DNA of 64,000 nucleotides from contig BROI01000013.1 in assembly GCA_027923505.1 (NCBI GenBank), forward strand, positions 372,001 to 436,000, written 5' to 3'. Each line of letters begins with the position of its first letter. The stretch's first letter is position 1. The notes beneath the pieces were generated by a model. It was not told the origin of the DNA. It did not search any database and saw only the letters and a list, made by a program, of their open reading frames with translations. Positions 11,460-23,289 of the stretch are shown here, one piece after another. The DNA comes from Mayamaea pseudoterrestris. Its lineage: Eukaryota. Position numbers and translations under genes: made by a program.

Positions 11460-13112
11460 TTAACCACAAGCAATGTTGATCAAGCTCTCCCGCACGGACG
11501 GAATGGAAACCAACGTCGTCGCAGCAACGGCCGTCAAAACCATACTGACAGCAGCAAAAGGGAACGCCTCGGGTTCATCCGACAAGGAGGCAACGCCCAA
11601 TCCTTGCGAGGATGCACCAATTCCAAGGCCGCGACTGGCGGGATCCGTAATTCCCATGTGCGTCAAGAAACTCTTGCCGACCGTCGCTCCAAGGATTCCC
11701 GTCAAGACCACGACAGTGCAGGCAATGGAAATATCACCGCCCAGAATCGACGTGACGGCCATGGCGAGCGCCGTCGTGACGTTGCGCGAAAGGACCGAGA
11801 GGCGAACAAGCGCGCCGCCTGGTCCACCCAAGTCAAGAAGTCTCACAAAGAATGCAGTAGCGTACAAGGACGCTCCACTTGAGACAAGCATGGAAACAAG
11901 GACGACCAAAAAGTTTGCCTTGAGGAGTGATCTTCGGCTGAACATGGAGACAGCAAATGAAACAACCGACGGGCCAAGCAAGTACAAGAGGATGTCACCC
12001 GCACCGGCAAGGTTAGCATCAAGAGTGCCAGTCTTGTAAGTAGATAGCACAGATCGGAAGGTGGATCCTGTCAGGGCAGCCAAGAGTCCTGACAAACCCA
12101 TGACAATGACCGAACTTGTGACCAGTGGGTGAACAACCCTGGTAAAGTCGGACGGAAGACGAGCGCCCCAAATGTACGACGCAAAGGTACCGAAGAGCAT
12201 GAACAAGGTACGGACCGGTGTCTCCAGGTCGCTGTGGACGCGATTGGCGAACAAGCTGGCGACTCCGAAAAGCAGGGTCGCCTTGGAGGTGACGTCAAGG
12301 TCTTGCTCGCTAAAGGGCTTGGCAAGGACTCCGGCTCCAGTCGTTGGCCTGGGAACAGAGCCTGAAGCAATAAAGGTTCGCTGCGACTTGCGAACAGCGA
12401 CGACAGAGTATGTTGTCGACAAGATGGTGAAGACAAAACCGGCAGCAACCACCATAAGAACCTTGATGATCTGTGAATAGCGAGTAAATGCAACGAACAA
12501 TATGTTAAGGCAATGGTTGGTAGGTATCAAGTTTTATACAGAAGAATCGATCAAAAACAATCAAACAACGCTTCTAATGCATGACTTTTGACATACCTCG
12601 GAAGCTCCACCAATGGACTTGCTCAAAGGCAACAGTACGAGTCCAGGAACGAAAAAGACTGGAAGCCATTTGGCCAAAAGCGCAGATCCTGGTGAAAGCG
12701 CATTGAAAATATTGTTCGCCAGGGCAGGCGAGACAGTCTCAATCAAAAGAAGAGACACAAAGAGCACGACGCAGGCCGCCAGCTGATCGGGAAAGTCAAT
12801 ATTGGCCGACCTCAAACCCTGCTTGACAGCCTGTTGGATCACAGCCAAAGCGACAGATCCACCAATGGCATTGGCAAAACTGTTTGTAATTCCTCCACGA
12901 ACGGAGAGCGCGGCCGCTGGCTGACGACTCTGCTGACTCACAGCAGGACGTTCCGTGGATCGAAGCTTGGCTTTGGTAGCATCGGCTTGATGCTTGGCAC
13001 GAAAGACAGTCCTTGATGTATCAATAGGACGGATCGAGGCGTCAACGACATCAAAGGACGAGAGTGCCGCAATGGCCGCGACGAGAATCGCCGTTTTGAG
13101 CATTCGAAACAT
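11460..13112 (-). CDS. Second LrgB/PLGG1-like transporter; join(complement 12597..13112, 11460..12470)
   Basis: WLPVFFVPGL, LGPSVVSFA, SRNVTTALA, SRGLGIGASSQGLGVA. A GTATGT...CAG intron at 12471-12596 joins GASE-IIKVL in frame. Confidence 0.85.
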
Positions 13113-13434
13113 GATTCTGCAATGCAAAAAGGTTGAACAAACAACTTTTCTATCTGTAATGTACGGATGCAGTGCAAAAAGTAATGCCGAGGTGCTAAAA
13201 AGCTTGACAGCAGCGCGGCAAAAAGAGTCTCAAAGAAGTTTCCGCAACGGCGCGGGGGCCGAAGATACGGCTGCCACCGTGACGTACTTTCAAAAATGTC
13301 CTATCGGTTTTGACGCTTCGAATTAAATGGAAGGTTGCGTTGCGAACCTTCCTGTCGCTTTCATTGCATAGCTACCCTGCTATGACATCTAAGATAAGTT
13401 ATTATACATTTACCGGTACAACAACATTCATAGT

Positions 13435-14518
13435 TTACTTCTTCTGACCCCCCATGTGCTTTTCAACCACCGCCTTGGAGACTTCACATTGTACACCCAC
13501 GTAATTGACGATATTATTGTTGGCATCTCGAAGGGCGGCAACAAAGAACTGGTTCCAAAAGGGCGTTCCGTCCGCCTTGTAGTTCAAAAGACATACAGAG
13601 GTGTCGACGCCTTCGGTAATGCCCTTGCGAATGACTTCGACCGCAGATTGGTCTGTGCCGGGCCCCTGCAAAAAGCGACAGTTGCGTCCCAGTACTTGCT
13701 CCAGAGTGTAGCCGGTTAGATCGAGGAACCCTTGAGACACATATACTATAGGATTATCTGGGAGTGTTGGGTCGCTAATTGCAAAATTCTATGGCGACAA
13801 CAACAAGGTTTAGTTAATGATGGGAGATGGGAAACTTGAAAGTGCATCCACACAGCAATGCAGCAACTCACCTGCTGCGATCCACTCAAAGCGGTCATTA
13901 ATCTAAAGTCTGGCTCCATCAATGTCTTGACTGGCCCAAAACCACTCGGCATGGGGAGAGGAACATATTTTTCCTTGTCGCCGCAAACAGTAGCAATAAT
14001 TTGCTCCGCCTTGTCGGGAACCTCCGTCTTGAGCGCACTCTTAAGTCCATCGAGCTGTTCCTCAAGGCCATGAATTTGCTCCTGCAACGACTCGAGCAGA
14101 AATTTCTTTCGAAGTCTGCTTCGCTTGGCATGCTCGCGATTTCGCTCTCGTCGCTCCAGTTTCTGCTGCTCGGTGAGTTCGCCCTCTTGTCCACTGTCGC
14201 CGTCGATCGACATGTCGACTTGCTTGCGCTTCTTTGAATCCGTCGCGGCTGTCACGTCAGCCATGCTTTCCACCGTAATTGGCTCCATTTCCTGATAGTA
14301 AATGTCATTGAATAAGTCATCCAAATCAATGTTGGAGAGATTTGGGTTGGCCTGCGAACGAGTGCGAATAAGAAAAATGAATGAGACGTCGTTCGGCAGT
14401 CAAATTTCCGCGCTAAAACCTGCAAAGGTGGCACTAATTTTTCATTTCTAAATTCCAACCAGTAAATAGATTAACATACCGACTCGGGTAGCTGAAACAT
14501 GCCGTTGGAGGTCGTCAT
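13435..14518 (-). CDS. AUREO1c: Aureochrome (bZIP-LOV blue-light transcription factor), AUREO1c-like; exons 14480..14518, 13872..14351, 13435..13788
   Basis: bZIP RRERNREHAKRSRLRKK; LOV NFAISDPTLPDNPIVY..GRNCRFLQG with the photoactive Cys; two canonical GT-AG introns restore the frame. The 1c subtype is from recalled similarity and is less certain. Confidence 0.9.
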
Positions 14519-14980
14519 GGTGAAGCAAACGAGGGAGAGAGTTTGGATTTTGGAAGTTCCCGTCCAACTTGAACCGACGGCGGTTGTTTCGATCTGGCTG
14601 GGGTGACGTACGATATCCTCATCCCGAAGAAGATTGCTATCGAAACCGCAGCGACAAGAAGATTGTCATTGGAACTTGAAGCAAGGCTTTCAAAGTTTAT
14701 AAATGTCTTGATACAATACTATTACTTAACCCACAGATATGTGATGATCTGCGCGCGACAATGTCAACATATGCCTTGGCTTCTGATTGGCTTAAATGTG
14801 ACTAAGACATTTTGCAATTTGGAAACAGTGCTGTTACGCACGACCAGCAAGATGGCGAAATTTCAATCAGCGACAACTCCTCATCTCAGCCCTTGACTCT
14901 GTTGAAACAGCGTGAATCTCAAGGCCTGGGCGACGACGAGGTGTGAGACCTGGAGGGGTTCACGCCAAGCTCTTGAACCA

Positions 14981-17098
14981 ATGATGCAACAACAAAAGCA
15001 AAGCGAGCGTCGAGCGACGGGAGAGTCGAAAAGTAGACGCTGCGGCATGGTTCCACCACAACAACAGTTGCAGTCATCATATTCGCAGGATGAACAGGAA
15101 GACCGTGTATTAAATCGTAGCCCCAGAAAATCGAAAGCTTCGGAGGCAGCTGAACTTCCATCGCACCATGGACCTACCAAAGCAGCGAGCAGTCCAGTCT
15201 CTGGCTTTCCCAGGCAACAAGTTGTTTGCACGTCCATAGGAGGGTCAATCATTCGCCGTCGAACGCAGCAAGTCGACTTTTACCGCAATCCCACCATTCT
15301 CAGTCGCCTCTCTTTGAACCAAAAGTATGTGGAAGCCAAGGATCGGTTGCGACGATTCCCAAACGAAGCTTGTATTTGGGTTGCTGCCAAACGACCTCAT
15401 CAATCCGGCTATTCCATCCGACAGTTACCGTTGCATATTTGCTTGACAAACTTGAAGCGGGCAATTGACGCAACGACGTGTAAACTGCTCCACGATCTGA
15501 TTGTTAGTCTCATTGTTGCGCATCCAACTGCCTGCAAGCATGTTGATCATTCCAACGTGCTGCCTGTGCACGCAGCCATTTGGTACGGTGCTTCGCCGGA
15601 AGTTGTCTCCATGTGCTTCATGGCGTACCCTGAATCGGTTCATTTACTTGACAAGCGAGGGAGGTCTTGCATAGAAATATTGAAAGGGAGCCGGGTGGAA
15701 AGCAAAGATAGACGAAAGATGGAAGCTGTTCTGAAGCTCAAGGTTGACTTTTGGAAAAAGGCGCAGGCTGCTGCCAAGAAACGACTGGCTGCTGCAGATA
15801 TTCCATGGGATTGTGGCACAGCGACGCAGCCAATTTATGACACGCATGGTCCCGACCATTCCACTTTGTTTGTGAACGAGCACGAGGAAGCATTTGACGA
15901 AAATATAGGTGCCATTGAACCCATGGCATGGGAACAGCTCGAGTCGCGAGCCTTGGCCCTCGAGCAAGTCTTGACGGAAGTTAACGAAAACAACTTTGCG
16001 CTCACGAAGCGCATTGAGCAGCTCCGCAATACCAAGGCGGAGCTCGAGCAAAAGCTTGAGACACAAAATGGTGAACTTGGCAAGCAAGTAGCTGCGATGC
16101 ATGACGAGAATGCGAAGCTCAAAGCAAGGCTTCATGAAGTGGAAATGGAGCTGGCAGAGGCGCGACAAAAAGTCGATGCTCCATCGCGCTCTATGCGAGA
16201 CAAGGGAGATACATCTCTGTCGACTGACCATGGCCATAGGAGCGACAGTTCTTTGATAATTAATGATCGAGGCAAGCTCCATCAGCTCATAACCGAACAG
16301 CTACCAACGTTGCCTGCCCCCAGCTTGAACGAATCCATGTCTTTGGGCGATATTGGAAGTCTCGACCTTGCAAAGAAGGACAGCTTTAGCTTGAACGAAT
16401 CCATGTCTTTGGGCGATAGTGGAAGTCTCGACCTTGCAAAGAAGGGCAGCTTTAGATCGCCTGGGAATCGACGACGAGGACTGCGGTCAGCACAATCAAC
16501 GGGCGGGCTTGAGGATTCCATTGCATTTGAGGAGTTATGGGAAGTGGAGCAAAATGTCAGCCCGAAAAACGGGAAGGGCTACCAGGAATCGTCGACTTCC
16601 TTGACCGAATCGTCGCATTCTCTCCTTTCGACGCAGTCATTCATGTCTTCCAAGCACTATGTTAAAGTGCTGGATGACAATCGAAAACTGCGAAAGGAAC
16701 TTGAGGAGATCGACCGAAGCTACAGCGACCAACGTTCACACCTACAACGCTTGGAGGCCTACGTGGAGGAGCTGCAGGGTGGACAAATGGAAGATGTACC
16801 GCTCATCGACGGCAGCAAGGAAGATGATATTTGCAGCGCTTCAACGAACTCAACGGGGCTCTCACACGTTTCGGATGGCGACGAGCACACAATGGTCACT
16901 TGCTCAACAGTTGCGGGTACTAAGTCGTCGGCCAACAGACAAAATTTACTCGCAACCGGCGACGACGTCAAGAGTTGCCGTGACAACATATACTTGTATC
17001 GTCCTCTCGCGCAGGATATAGTATTTATCCCAAGTAGTCCGTCTTTGTCATCTGACTCATCAGATGCAGATGAGCGGCATACAAGAGTAAGTCTATAA
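14981..17098 (+). CDS. Uncharacterised protein with ankyrin-like LPLH repeats and coiled coils
   Basis: 728-codon ORF; QLPLHI and LPVHAAIWYGAS motifs; heptad-rich segments. Start taken at the first ATG. Confidence 0.7.
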   Translation: MMQQQKQSERRATGESKSRRCGMVPPQQQLQSSYSQDEQEDRVLNRSPRKSKASEAAELPSHHGPTKAASSPVSGFPRQQVVCTSIGGSIIRRRTQQVDFYRNPTILSRLSLNQKYVEAKDRLRRFPNEACIWVAAKRPHQSGYSIRQLPLHICLTNLKRAIDATTCKLLHDLIVSLIVAHPTACKHVDHSNVLPVHAAIWYGASPEVVSMCFMAYPESVHLLDKRGRSCIEILKGSRVESKDRRKMEAVLKLKVDFWKKAQAAAKKRLAAADIPWDCGTATQPIYDTHGPDHSTLFVNEHEEAFDENIGAIEPMAWEQLESRALALEQVLTEVNENNFALTKRIEQLRNTKAELEQKLETQNGELGKQVAAMHDENAKLKARLHEVEMELAEARQKVDAPSRSMRDKGDTSLSTDHGHRSDSSLIINDRGKLHQLITEQLPTLPAPSLNESMSLGDIGSLDLAKKDSFSLNESMSLGDSGSLDLAKKGSFRSPGNRRRGLRSAQSTGGLEDSIAFEELWEVEQNVSPKNGKGYQESSTSLTESSHSLLSTQSFMSSKHYVKVLDDNRKLRKELEEIDRSYSDQRSHLQRLEAYVEELQGGQMEDVPLIDGSKEDDICSASTNSTGLSHVSDGDEHTMVTCSTVAGTKSSANRQNLLATGDDVKSCRDNIYLYRPLAQDIVFIPSSPSLSSDSSDADERHTRVSL
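16322..16453 (+). repeat. 66-bp in-frame tandem duplication (2 copies)
   Basis: SLNESMSLGD(I/S)GSLDLAKK(D/G)SF occurs twice, nearly identical at DNA level. Confidence 0.9.
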
Positions 17099-17238
17099 AA
17101 GCAATAGAGTAAAAAGCCGACAGTGTATAGAAAGTAAACTTATCACGAAAAGTCCGCTACAACAAAAAGTACATAGATACTAAAAACGGGTTTTTTAACG
17201 CAATGCAAGGAAAGCGCAAGCTTTTTGTCTCAGGGCAA

Positions 17239-19515
17239 TTACATTTCATCCACTTTCGCAAACCGCATCCCCGAGCAAGCCGCCTCATGGGCGCAGGCGT
17301 CAATAAAATGAAGAAATTCGTCCCTTGCACAAGTAGCGCAAACCCAGCGACCTTTGACTGGAACAGCTGGTTCGGGTTCAACAACTGCTTCTGCAACAGC
17401 GTCGTGTCCCTCCTCGCTATTGTCTTCGTGTTGTGGGACTTCAATTCCTATTTCAGAAGCAGCGTGATCACCCCCGTCATCATGGCCTGTCGGTGGATTC
17501 ATATGGGCGTCAGCATAGAAATCCTCGTCGCCAGCACCGTTCTCGTCATCTCCAATGAAACTCTCTTCGGCGCCGATTCCCAAAGCCATCCTTATAACGT
17601 CGGCAGCTTGCTCCGCCGAGTCGTTCTCCTCTTCATTTGATGCAGCCTTCTTGTTCCGCTTTTCGATTTGATAAGGCTTCGGCCACACACCGCACTGGTC
17701 CACCGGATAATCCTTCCTACTAAAGTCTCCAAAAACAAAGCCAACAGAATCAAGATCGGCAAGTCGTTCCGCGGTGAGGTGTGAGCTCTGACCTGCCTGC
17801 AACTTCCGCCATTGTGCACGCTACAACATAAATTGGAGAAGAATCAAGGTAAGCTTACTTTGCGAACGGCGATAGATTACACTGACGGCCATTCTGACAA
17901 AATACCTGGCGCATTGCCCAACTTGAAAGCTTTGGATCACTCTTCCAACGACGAGGGACGGCTGCATGGCCGTAGACTTCCTTGAACTGACGGAGTTTTT
18001 CAATCTGCTCTGCCCACTTGTCCTTGAAGCGATCAAACACATTCTGCCGCATGAGCTCCGGTGTTCTAGAATTGAAAACGAAACCAATATCAATCAATCG
18101 CTGTTCCCTCTCATCGTCAAGCGTATGATACTCTCCAGCATGCTTCGCCTTGTGGGCTCGTCGCTGCTTCAGGACCCAGCGTGCAAGTCGCTTGTTCTCC
18201 TCATACTCTTTGGGAACGAGGCAACTTCCGCCATGGTCATGCTTGTAGCGCAAAAGCTCTTGGAACATTTCCTCCCAAAGCTCCGTTGCCTGTACGCACT
18301 CGGCTTGAAGCCTCCAAAAGCACTTGTCCGCCTTTGGGTTCCAAACAAAACCGGCCATTTCCAGACGCTTCATGCGTGACTCGGTAAGGTGGCCATTGCC
18401 CGTGTTTTTCCATTGACGGATCTTGCAGCACCAGCGACCGAGCGAAGGATTTTCTGGGAAAATTTTGGGTACATACGGATGCCCATACGCCTTGCGAAAA
18501 ACTAGAAACTCGAGGAACTGACGTTCGAACGCTTGATTAACACGAACCTCTGGATTCAGCACTCCATTTTCCTTGTCCTCAATAAGAGGCTCTGCTGAGA
18601 GTAGCAAGTCTTTGAACTCTTCCTTGACCTCCTCAAAGAGTCTTGGCTCATCTTCAATTGGGACAAGGCGATGCATTGTTCGCAGTTCGGTTTCTTCCTT
18701 TGGCGGAGCCCTTTTTGAGGCCTTGCTGCCTCCCTTGGGCGTGCTTGCTACCGAGGTTTTTGATGAGCGGCGCATATTTTTTCTGCTTGCTTCTACTTCC
18801 TCGAAAGTAGTTGCTGCATTATTTTTCACCGACTCCCGACGTGGCCTTCGTGCAGATTCGGTTCGAGCAAGCTTGCGCGGTGGACTGGATTCATCGTCGT
18901 CCGACACAAAATCATCGCCATCTTCATTCTTAGACTTGTTTGCTTTCATCTTTCGAGCTCTCGGTTTCCGTTCCAAATTCTCCTCATCAGTTGTTGCATC
19001 GTCTTCATCCCTTGTTGCTGCTGGCTTGCGATCCAAATCGCTCTCATGGTCACCTTCGTCAGCACCATTACTATTTACATAATCGTTTTCGTCTCCCCAA
19101 TTGAAACCAAAATTTCCCAGCATGTCAAAAGCTTCCTTCTCCATTATGGACTTGCATCCTTGCTTCCAATTCCAATAGTCGCGTCGCTGATTTTCGATCC
19201 AGCGAATCAATGCCGGGTCGTCCATGTCGTCCGGAACATCGGTACATCCACCGGCTGCTTTCATGGTCATCCACCGAGACATGCCCGTCGCCCAATTAAG
19301 CTCCTGCAACATTACAGAAAGGTTTCAAAGTACGTGAGAAACAATTATATGATAAATGATGAGTGACTTGCCAGGCATGGTACAAGGCAGTACAAACATT
19401 GGATTTTTGCAGCAGCGTAAATCCACAGACGTCCCACAACCCGTGCAATTTATCTCTTTCTTGTCCAGACACTTACCTCGCTATCCGCCAAGATCTTATT
19501 CTGTTTTGCGCTCAT
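17239..19515 (-). CDS. Helicase-associated (HA) repeat protein; exons 19477..19515, 17906..19303, 17239..17820
   Basis: Repeated HA motifs (GHPYVP..LGRW, GSCLVP..LARWVLKQR, GHAAVP..LSSWAMRQR..LDSVGF); C-terminal WVCATC..HEAAC Zn-finger-like motif; introns GTAAGT..CAG and GTATTT..TAG are in frame. Confidence 0.8.
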
Positions 19516-20335
19516 GATATAAAGTGAGCTTTGTAATGAATGATCAACCTTTTGCTCGCTTCTCGTGTGCCTCGAGTGTGGTGTCACTACGATCTCGCCA
19601 CGCCCAACGCCACGATTCTCTCCAAGCCAAGTTCCGACGGCGAACCCACTGACGAGCCACACAATCTTTCGTGAAAAACGAACGCAGGGGAAGCGGCCAA
19701 CTGTACCGTAGCTGGAGTGACGTGGAAGCACTCCTTTGCGATTTGTATGTTCAGAGCGGGCTCCTAGCTAGCTCGTGGAAAGAATAGCTACTGTATCGCA
19801 TCGACCTACAACGCGACACGACAGATACCTTGGCGTGGTTGTAAATCGATTATGGCATGGACACAACGTTTTTAATCTTACCGTACTCATGCACGTCGAT
19901 AGTGGTCCAGAATCGCAGCAGCCAATGTGTGTAACAGTTCAATTCGGACTACTCTTGGGGCCACAACTGCTGCGACTTCGAATCGATACAAGTACGATGT
20001 CAGGAGGTGCCATGAACAGCTCCAGCTTTAAGCTGATTTCACATGTACCGGTATCGATGATTAAGCGACGCTGACACTGTGAGTGGAGGAAGACGATCCT
20101 TGGTGGTGGTAAAGCTTGGAGGTTAAAGCAAGATTCAGAAGTACACAAGTGGTTTAAATTGCATACCAATCGTTTTGGATTTAAGTGCACAGAATATGAC
20201 TACGTTTACTAATAGACGAGGGGAAGTATTTATGGGGCCCAGTTGCCGCAAGGGCGCGACCAGCTTGTGGTATTCCCAGGGGTGCAGCGTACTGTACTTA
20301 ATGTATTTCATCGCTATTCAATAAGAATTTCATCA

Positions 20336-20674
20336 TTACTTGTCATTCCATTGATTGCCGCAGCTGCAACACTTGTAGAATATGCTCATGGGCTCGTCGG
20401 CACTCCGAATTTGTATTTGCATAAAGTATGCTTCTCGGCAATCGCAGGAGGGACACACAGCTGCGGTACGATCCACATTCTCCCATGCAGCGGCGCCTCC
20501 CAATATATCATCCACTTGTTTACGAGGCGTATACGTTTTGAAAGATATGGACTGCTTGATGGTGCATCGGTAGGGACAAGTGTGACACACAAAAACGTTC
20601 GCGTCTGTCGCACCCGATGATGCACTGGTAGTGTGGACCTGCAGCAGAGTCCCGTCAAGTGGACAGAATCGCAT
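20336..20674 (-). CDS. RPC11: RNA polymerase III subunit C11 (RPC10/RPC11)
   Basis: N-terminal FCP..CHTC zinc ribbon; VDDILGG..WEN; TFIIS-like QIRSADEPMSIFYKC. Confidence 0.93.
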   Translation of the reverse strand: MRFCPLDGTLLQVHTTSASSGATDANVFVCHTCPYRCTIKQSISFKTYTPRKQVDDILGGAAAWENVDRTAAVCPSCDCREAYFMQIQIRSADEPMSIFYKCCSCGNQWNDK

Positions 20675-21025
20675 CTTTTACTGTGTGTACAGAATGCCCC
20701 AATCTATGCAATGTAGACCATGAGTATTGTACGCGAGAGAGAAAAGGCATTATTTTGTGCAAAGCGATTTACTTCGTGGTCGACGCGACTTTCTCAGAAC
20801 CACTACGACTGGCAGTACGGCATGCCGCGACGGCGCGGTTGGCACTCGTGAATTAGGCACGACTCCGAATCGCAGCAGCACCCATCCTTTGCGTTTCCTT
20901 CGTCGGCAGCATCGAATCGACGGCATCACACTATTTGCTCCGGCAAGGAACACTTTGGCAAGTTTCGAACGTTTCCCTGCAAAAGGATCAATACCTACAA
21001 ATTGGGATTAAGTTATTTTTTCACC

Positions 21026-22075
21026 ATGATATCCGTTGCCACTCGATGTATCGGACGAGGTCGTGGTGGTGTCCGATTCTTTCCACCTCCTCCGCACCAC
21101 CACCAAACGCTGCGACCAACAGCACAAATCCTACAATCGCAGACTCGCGCGGCTAGTTGTGGAACAGTGAACTGCATGGATCGGGACGCCGTTGCTGACT
21201 TGTTTCTACAGTACGCCAAGGAACGAAACGGTGAACTTACTCTGGATTGGCAAGACGTAGCTTGCTTGCTCAAGGGAATTGGCGAGGAACCGCGCAGTGA
21301 AACGGTGCAAATGCTATTCAAAGTAGCTGATAGAGACGGAAATGGAGTCATTGACGTTGACGAGTTTTTTGAGCATGCTGGAGTGTTCCTGGGTGACAGT
21401 CCCGCTCGAATCATCATCATGGTAGGAGGTCCTGGGTCAGGAAAAGGTTTGCTCTCCAAGCGTCTGGAAAAGGAATGCAACGTCGTTCATCTTTCCTCGG
21501 GAGAACTACTACGAAGCGAAGTAGAAATGGGCACGACACTGGGTATGCACGTTAGAGAGCTGATCAAGAAGGGAGAGCTAGTTTCATCCGCGTTGATGGT
21601 CGCTCTCATGAAGAAACGCATGCAGCAACATCCTGGCAAAAGGATTCTACTGGACGGCTTTCCTCGGTCGCTGCAAAATGCGTATGATCTTGTGACACTA
21701 TGTGGTAAACCGGAACTTGCCTTGCACTTGGTTTGTGACGATACTGTTTTGATGGAGCGCATCATGTCGCGGGGCGCCAAGGCAACAGCGTCGGGAGTCG
21801 GGGTTCGCACAGACGACAATTTTCACACTGCGTTGGAGCGCATTCGAACTTACCATAAGTATCATGCCAAGACGCTTGAATGGCTTCGAGAGCAACATGT
21901 ACCAATTGTGAATTTGGATTGTGAAGGCTCACCGGATCAGGTTTGGAGTCAATTAATGACAATTGGCAGGCTTATGCGGCCAGTGGTAAAGTCATCCACG
22001 GAATGGATCAAAGGCATGGACGGATACAATGAAACCGATTGGAGCTCTGATCCAGGTAGAATATCTTCTTTTTAA
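21026..22075 (+). CDS. EF-hand plus adenylate/UMP-CMP kinase fusion, probable mitochondrial presequence
   Basis: EF loop DRDGNGVIDVDE; P-loop GGPGSGKG, HLSSGELLR, LLDGFPR and short-LID RTDDN; Arg-rich N-terminus. Confidence 0.85.
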   Translation: MISVATRCIGRGRGGVRFFPPPPHHHQTLRPTAQILQSQTRAASCGTVNCMDRDAVADLFLQYAKERNGELTLDWQDVACLLKGIGEEPRSETVQMLFKVADRDGNGVIDVDEFFEHAGVFLGDSPARIIIMVGGPGSGKGLLSKRLEKECNVVHLSSGELLRSEVEMGTTLGMHVRELIKKGELVSSALMVALMKKRMQQHPGKRILLDGFPRSLQNAYDLVTLCGKPELALHLVCDDTVLMERIMSRGAKATASGVGVRTDDNFHTALERIRTYHKYHAKTLEWLREQHVPIVNLDCEGSPDQVWSQLMTIGRLMRPVVKSSTEWIKGMDGYNETDWSSDPGRISSF

Positions 22076-22185
22076 CTGCACATATGTACGAGCCAGTGCA
22101 TGAAGCAGCGCACCGACAATACAGCTGCCTGTAAAACCGGCGGAGCACTCGACTACGCTAGTCAACTACTAAACTGCAGTAACAC

Positions 22186-23127
22186 TTATGACCGTTCTCT
22201 TTTAGATATATCATAGGCTGCTTTTTCATACAAGGCGGTTCCTCGATCCGGTGCTTGCAGTGGCACTGGATCTGGCAGCAATTCCGTTGACCCCATCAGC
22301 ATTTCTCGCACCTCCCCATTTTTGAAGCGATACGAGCTAAAGCTTCCGACATTAATGTTTGCAGCTCCGGCTGCATACAGTTGCGCAATCTGCAAAACAT
22401 CCGCATGTGACACTAATACCAAGTGACAGTCATTAAACTGGTCCTCGCACTCCAGGACTACTTTGCGTATGCGATGACAAACGGCAGCCACTGATTCAAC
22501 GTCAAACGCAGTATGAGTCAAATTAAACTGATTAAGTGGCCATACATAGGCGTAGGTGTAAATAGCCTGCGCGTCCAAGCGACCAAAGTAGCGTTCGACA
22601 AGATTGTCTTGCATGAAAATGGTCGTGTCCAGCTCAAGGTTCAGATTTGCGATGCGATCTTTGTGGTGGAGTAGGCCATCGAGACATGCTTCAGCTGTTT
22701 GCTTGGCTCGAGCAAATGGAGAGCTGATGAGTATCAAGCGGCTTCGACTGTTGTTCAAAGCTGAACCTTTTTCCTCAATGCAATCAAGCAATGCCAAAGC
22801 ACTTGCCTTTCCTTGCTCGTACCCCGTCGAAGTAAGTCCGTGAGTGTCAGTGTATGCCAAAGATCGTGAAGAGCTAATGATTTCAGCAACATTTGCTGTA
22901 CTCTGGCCATGTCTTAGCAAATAGTAGTTGTTGGTAAGATTTGCCGGAAGTGGAGGAGGCATTTCTGTGACAGAAGCCACACCAATCGGGAAGACTGCTG
23001 CTCGACGAGAAAATCTTGTCAATCGAGCGTTTAGAAACGGAACGAACGCATCAGAGCATGCAAGAATTAGTGACACTGCAACAGCTTGAAAGAAACATTT
23101 ATTTCTATCCGTGCTTGTTATTACCAT
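22186..23127 (-). CDS. Histidine phosphatase / phosphoglycerate-mutase family protein, plastid-targeted
   Basis: YLLRHGQS, SSPFARAKQTA, LVERYFG, LVSHAD; signal peptide cleavage SDA-FVP. Confidence 0.85.
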   Translation of the reverse strand: MVITSTDRNKCFFQAVAVSLILACSDAFVPFLNARLTRFSRRAAVFPIGVASVTEMPPPLPANLTNNYYLLRHGQSTANVAEIISSSRSLAYTDTHGLTSTGYEQGKASALALLDCIEEKGSALNNSRSRLILISSPFARAKQTAEACLDGLLHHKDRIANLNLELDTTIFMQDNLVERYFGRLDAQAIYTYAYVWPLNQFNLTHTAFDVESVAAVCHRIRKVVLECEDQFNDCHLVLVSHADVLQIAQLYAAGAANINVGSFSSYRFKNGEVREMLMGSTELLPDPVPLQAPDRGTALYEKAAYDISKRERS

Positions 23128-23289
23128 CGTGTTATACCGGTAGACGATTTGCAATTACAACTCACACAACGCACTCATTGTAACGATCACGAAATCCGGC
23201 AGGCATTCGCGCTACGACAGTTATTGCGGTGCGAGATATCATCGAATGACGAAGCAAACCACCTATCCTGGATACTCACCGGATTATGG

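Noticed and set aside
19740..20330. Unassigned ~600-bp gap with short ORFs and a small GC-rich hairpin
   Set aside because: No recognisable protein, tRNA, snRNA or snoRNA signature; probably promoter and UTR.
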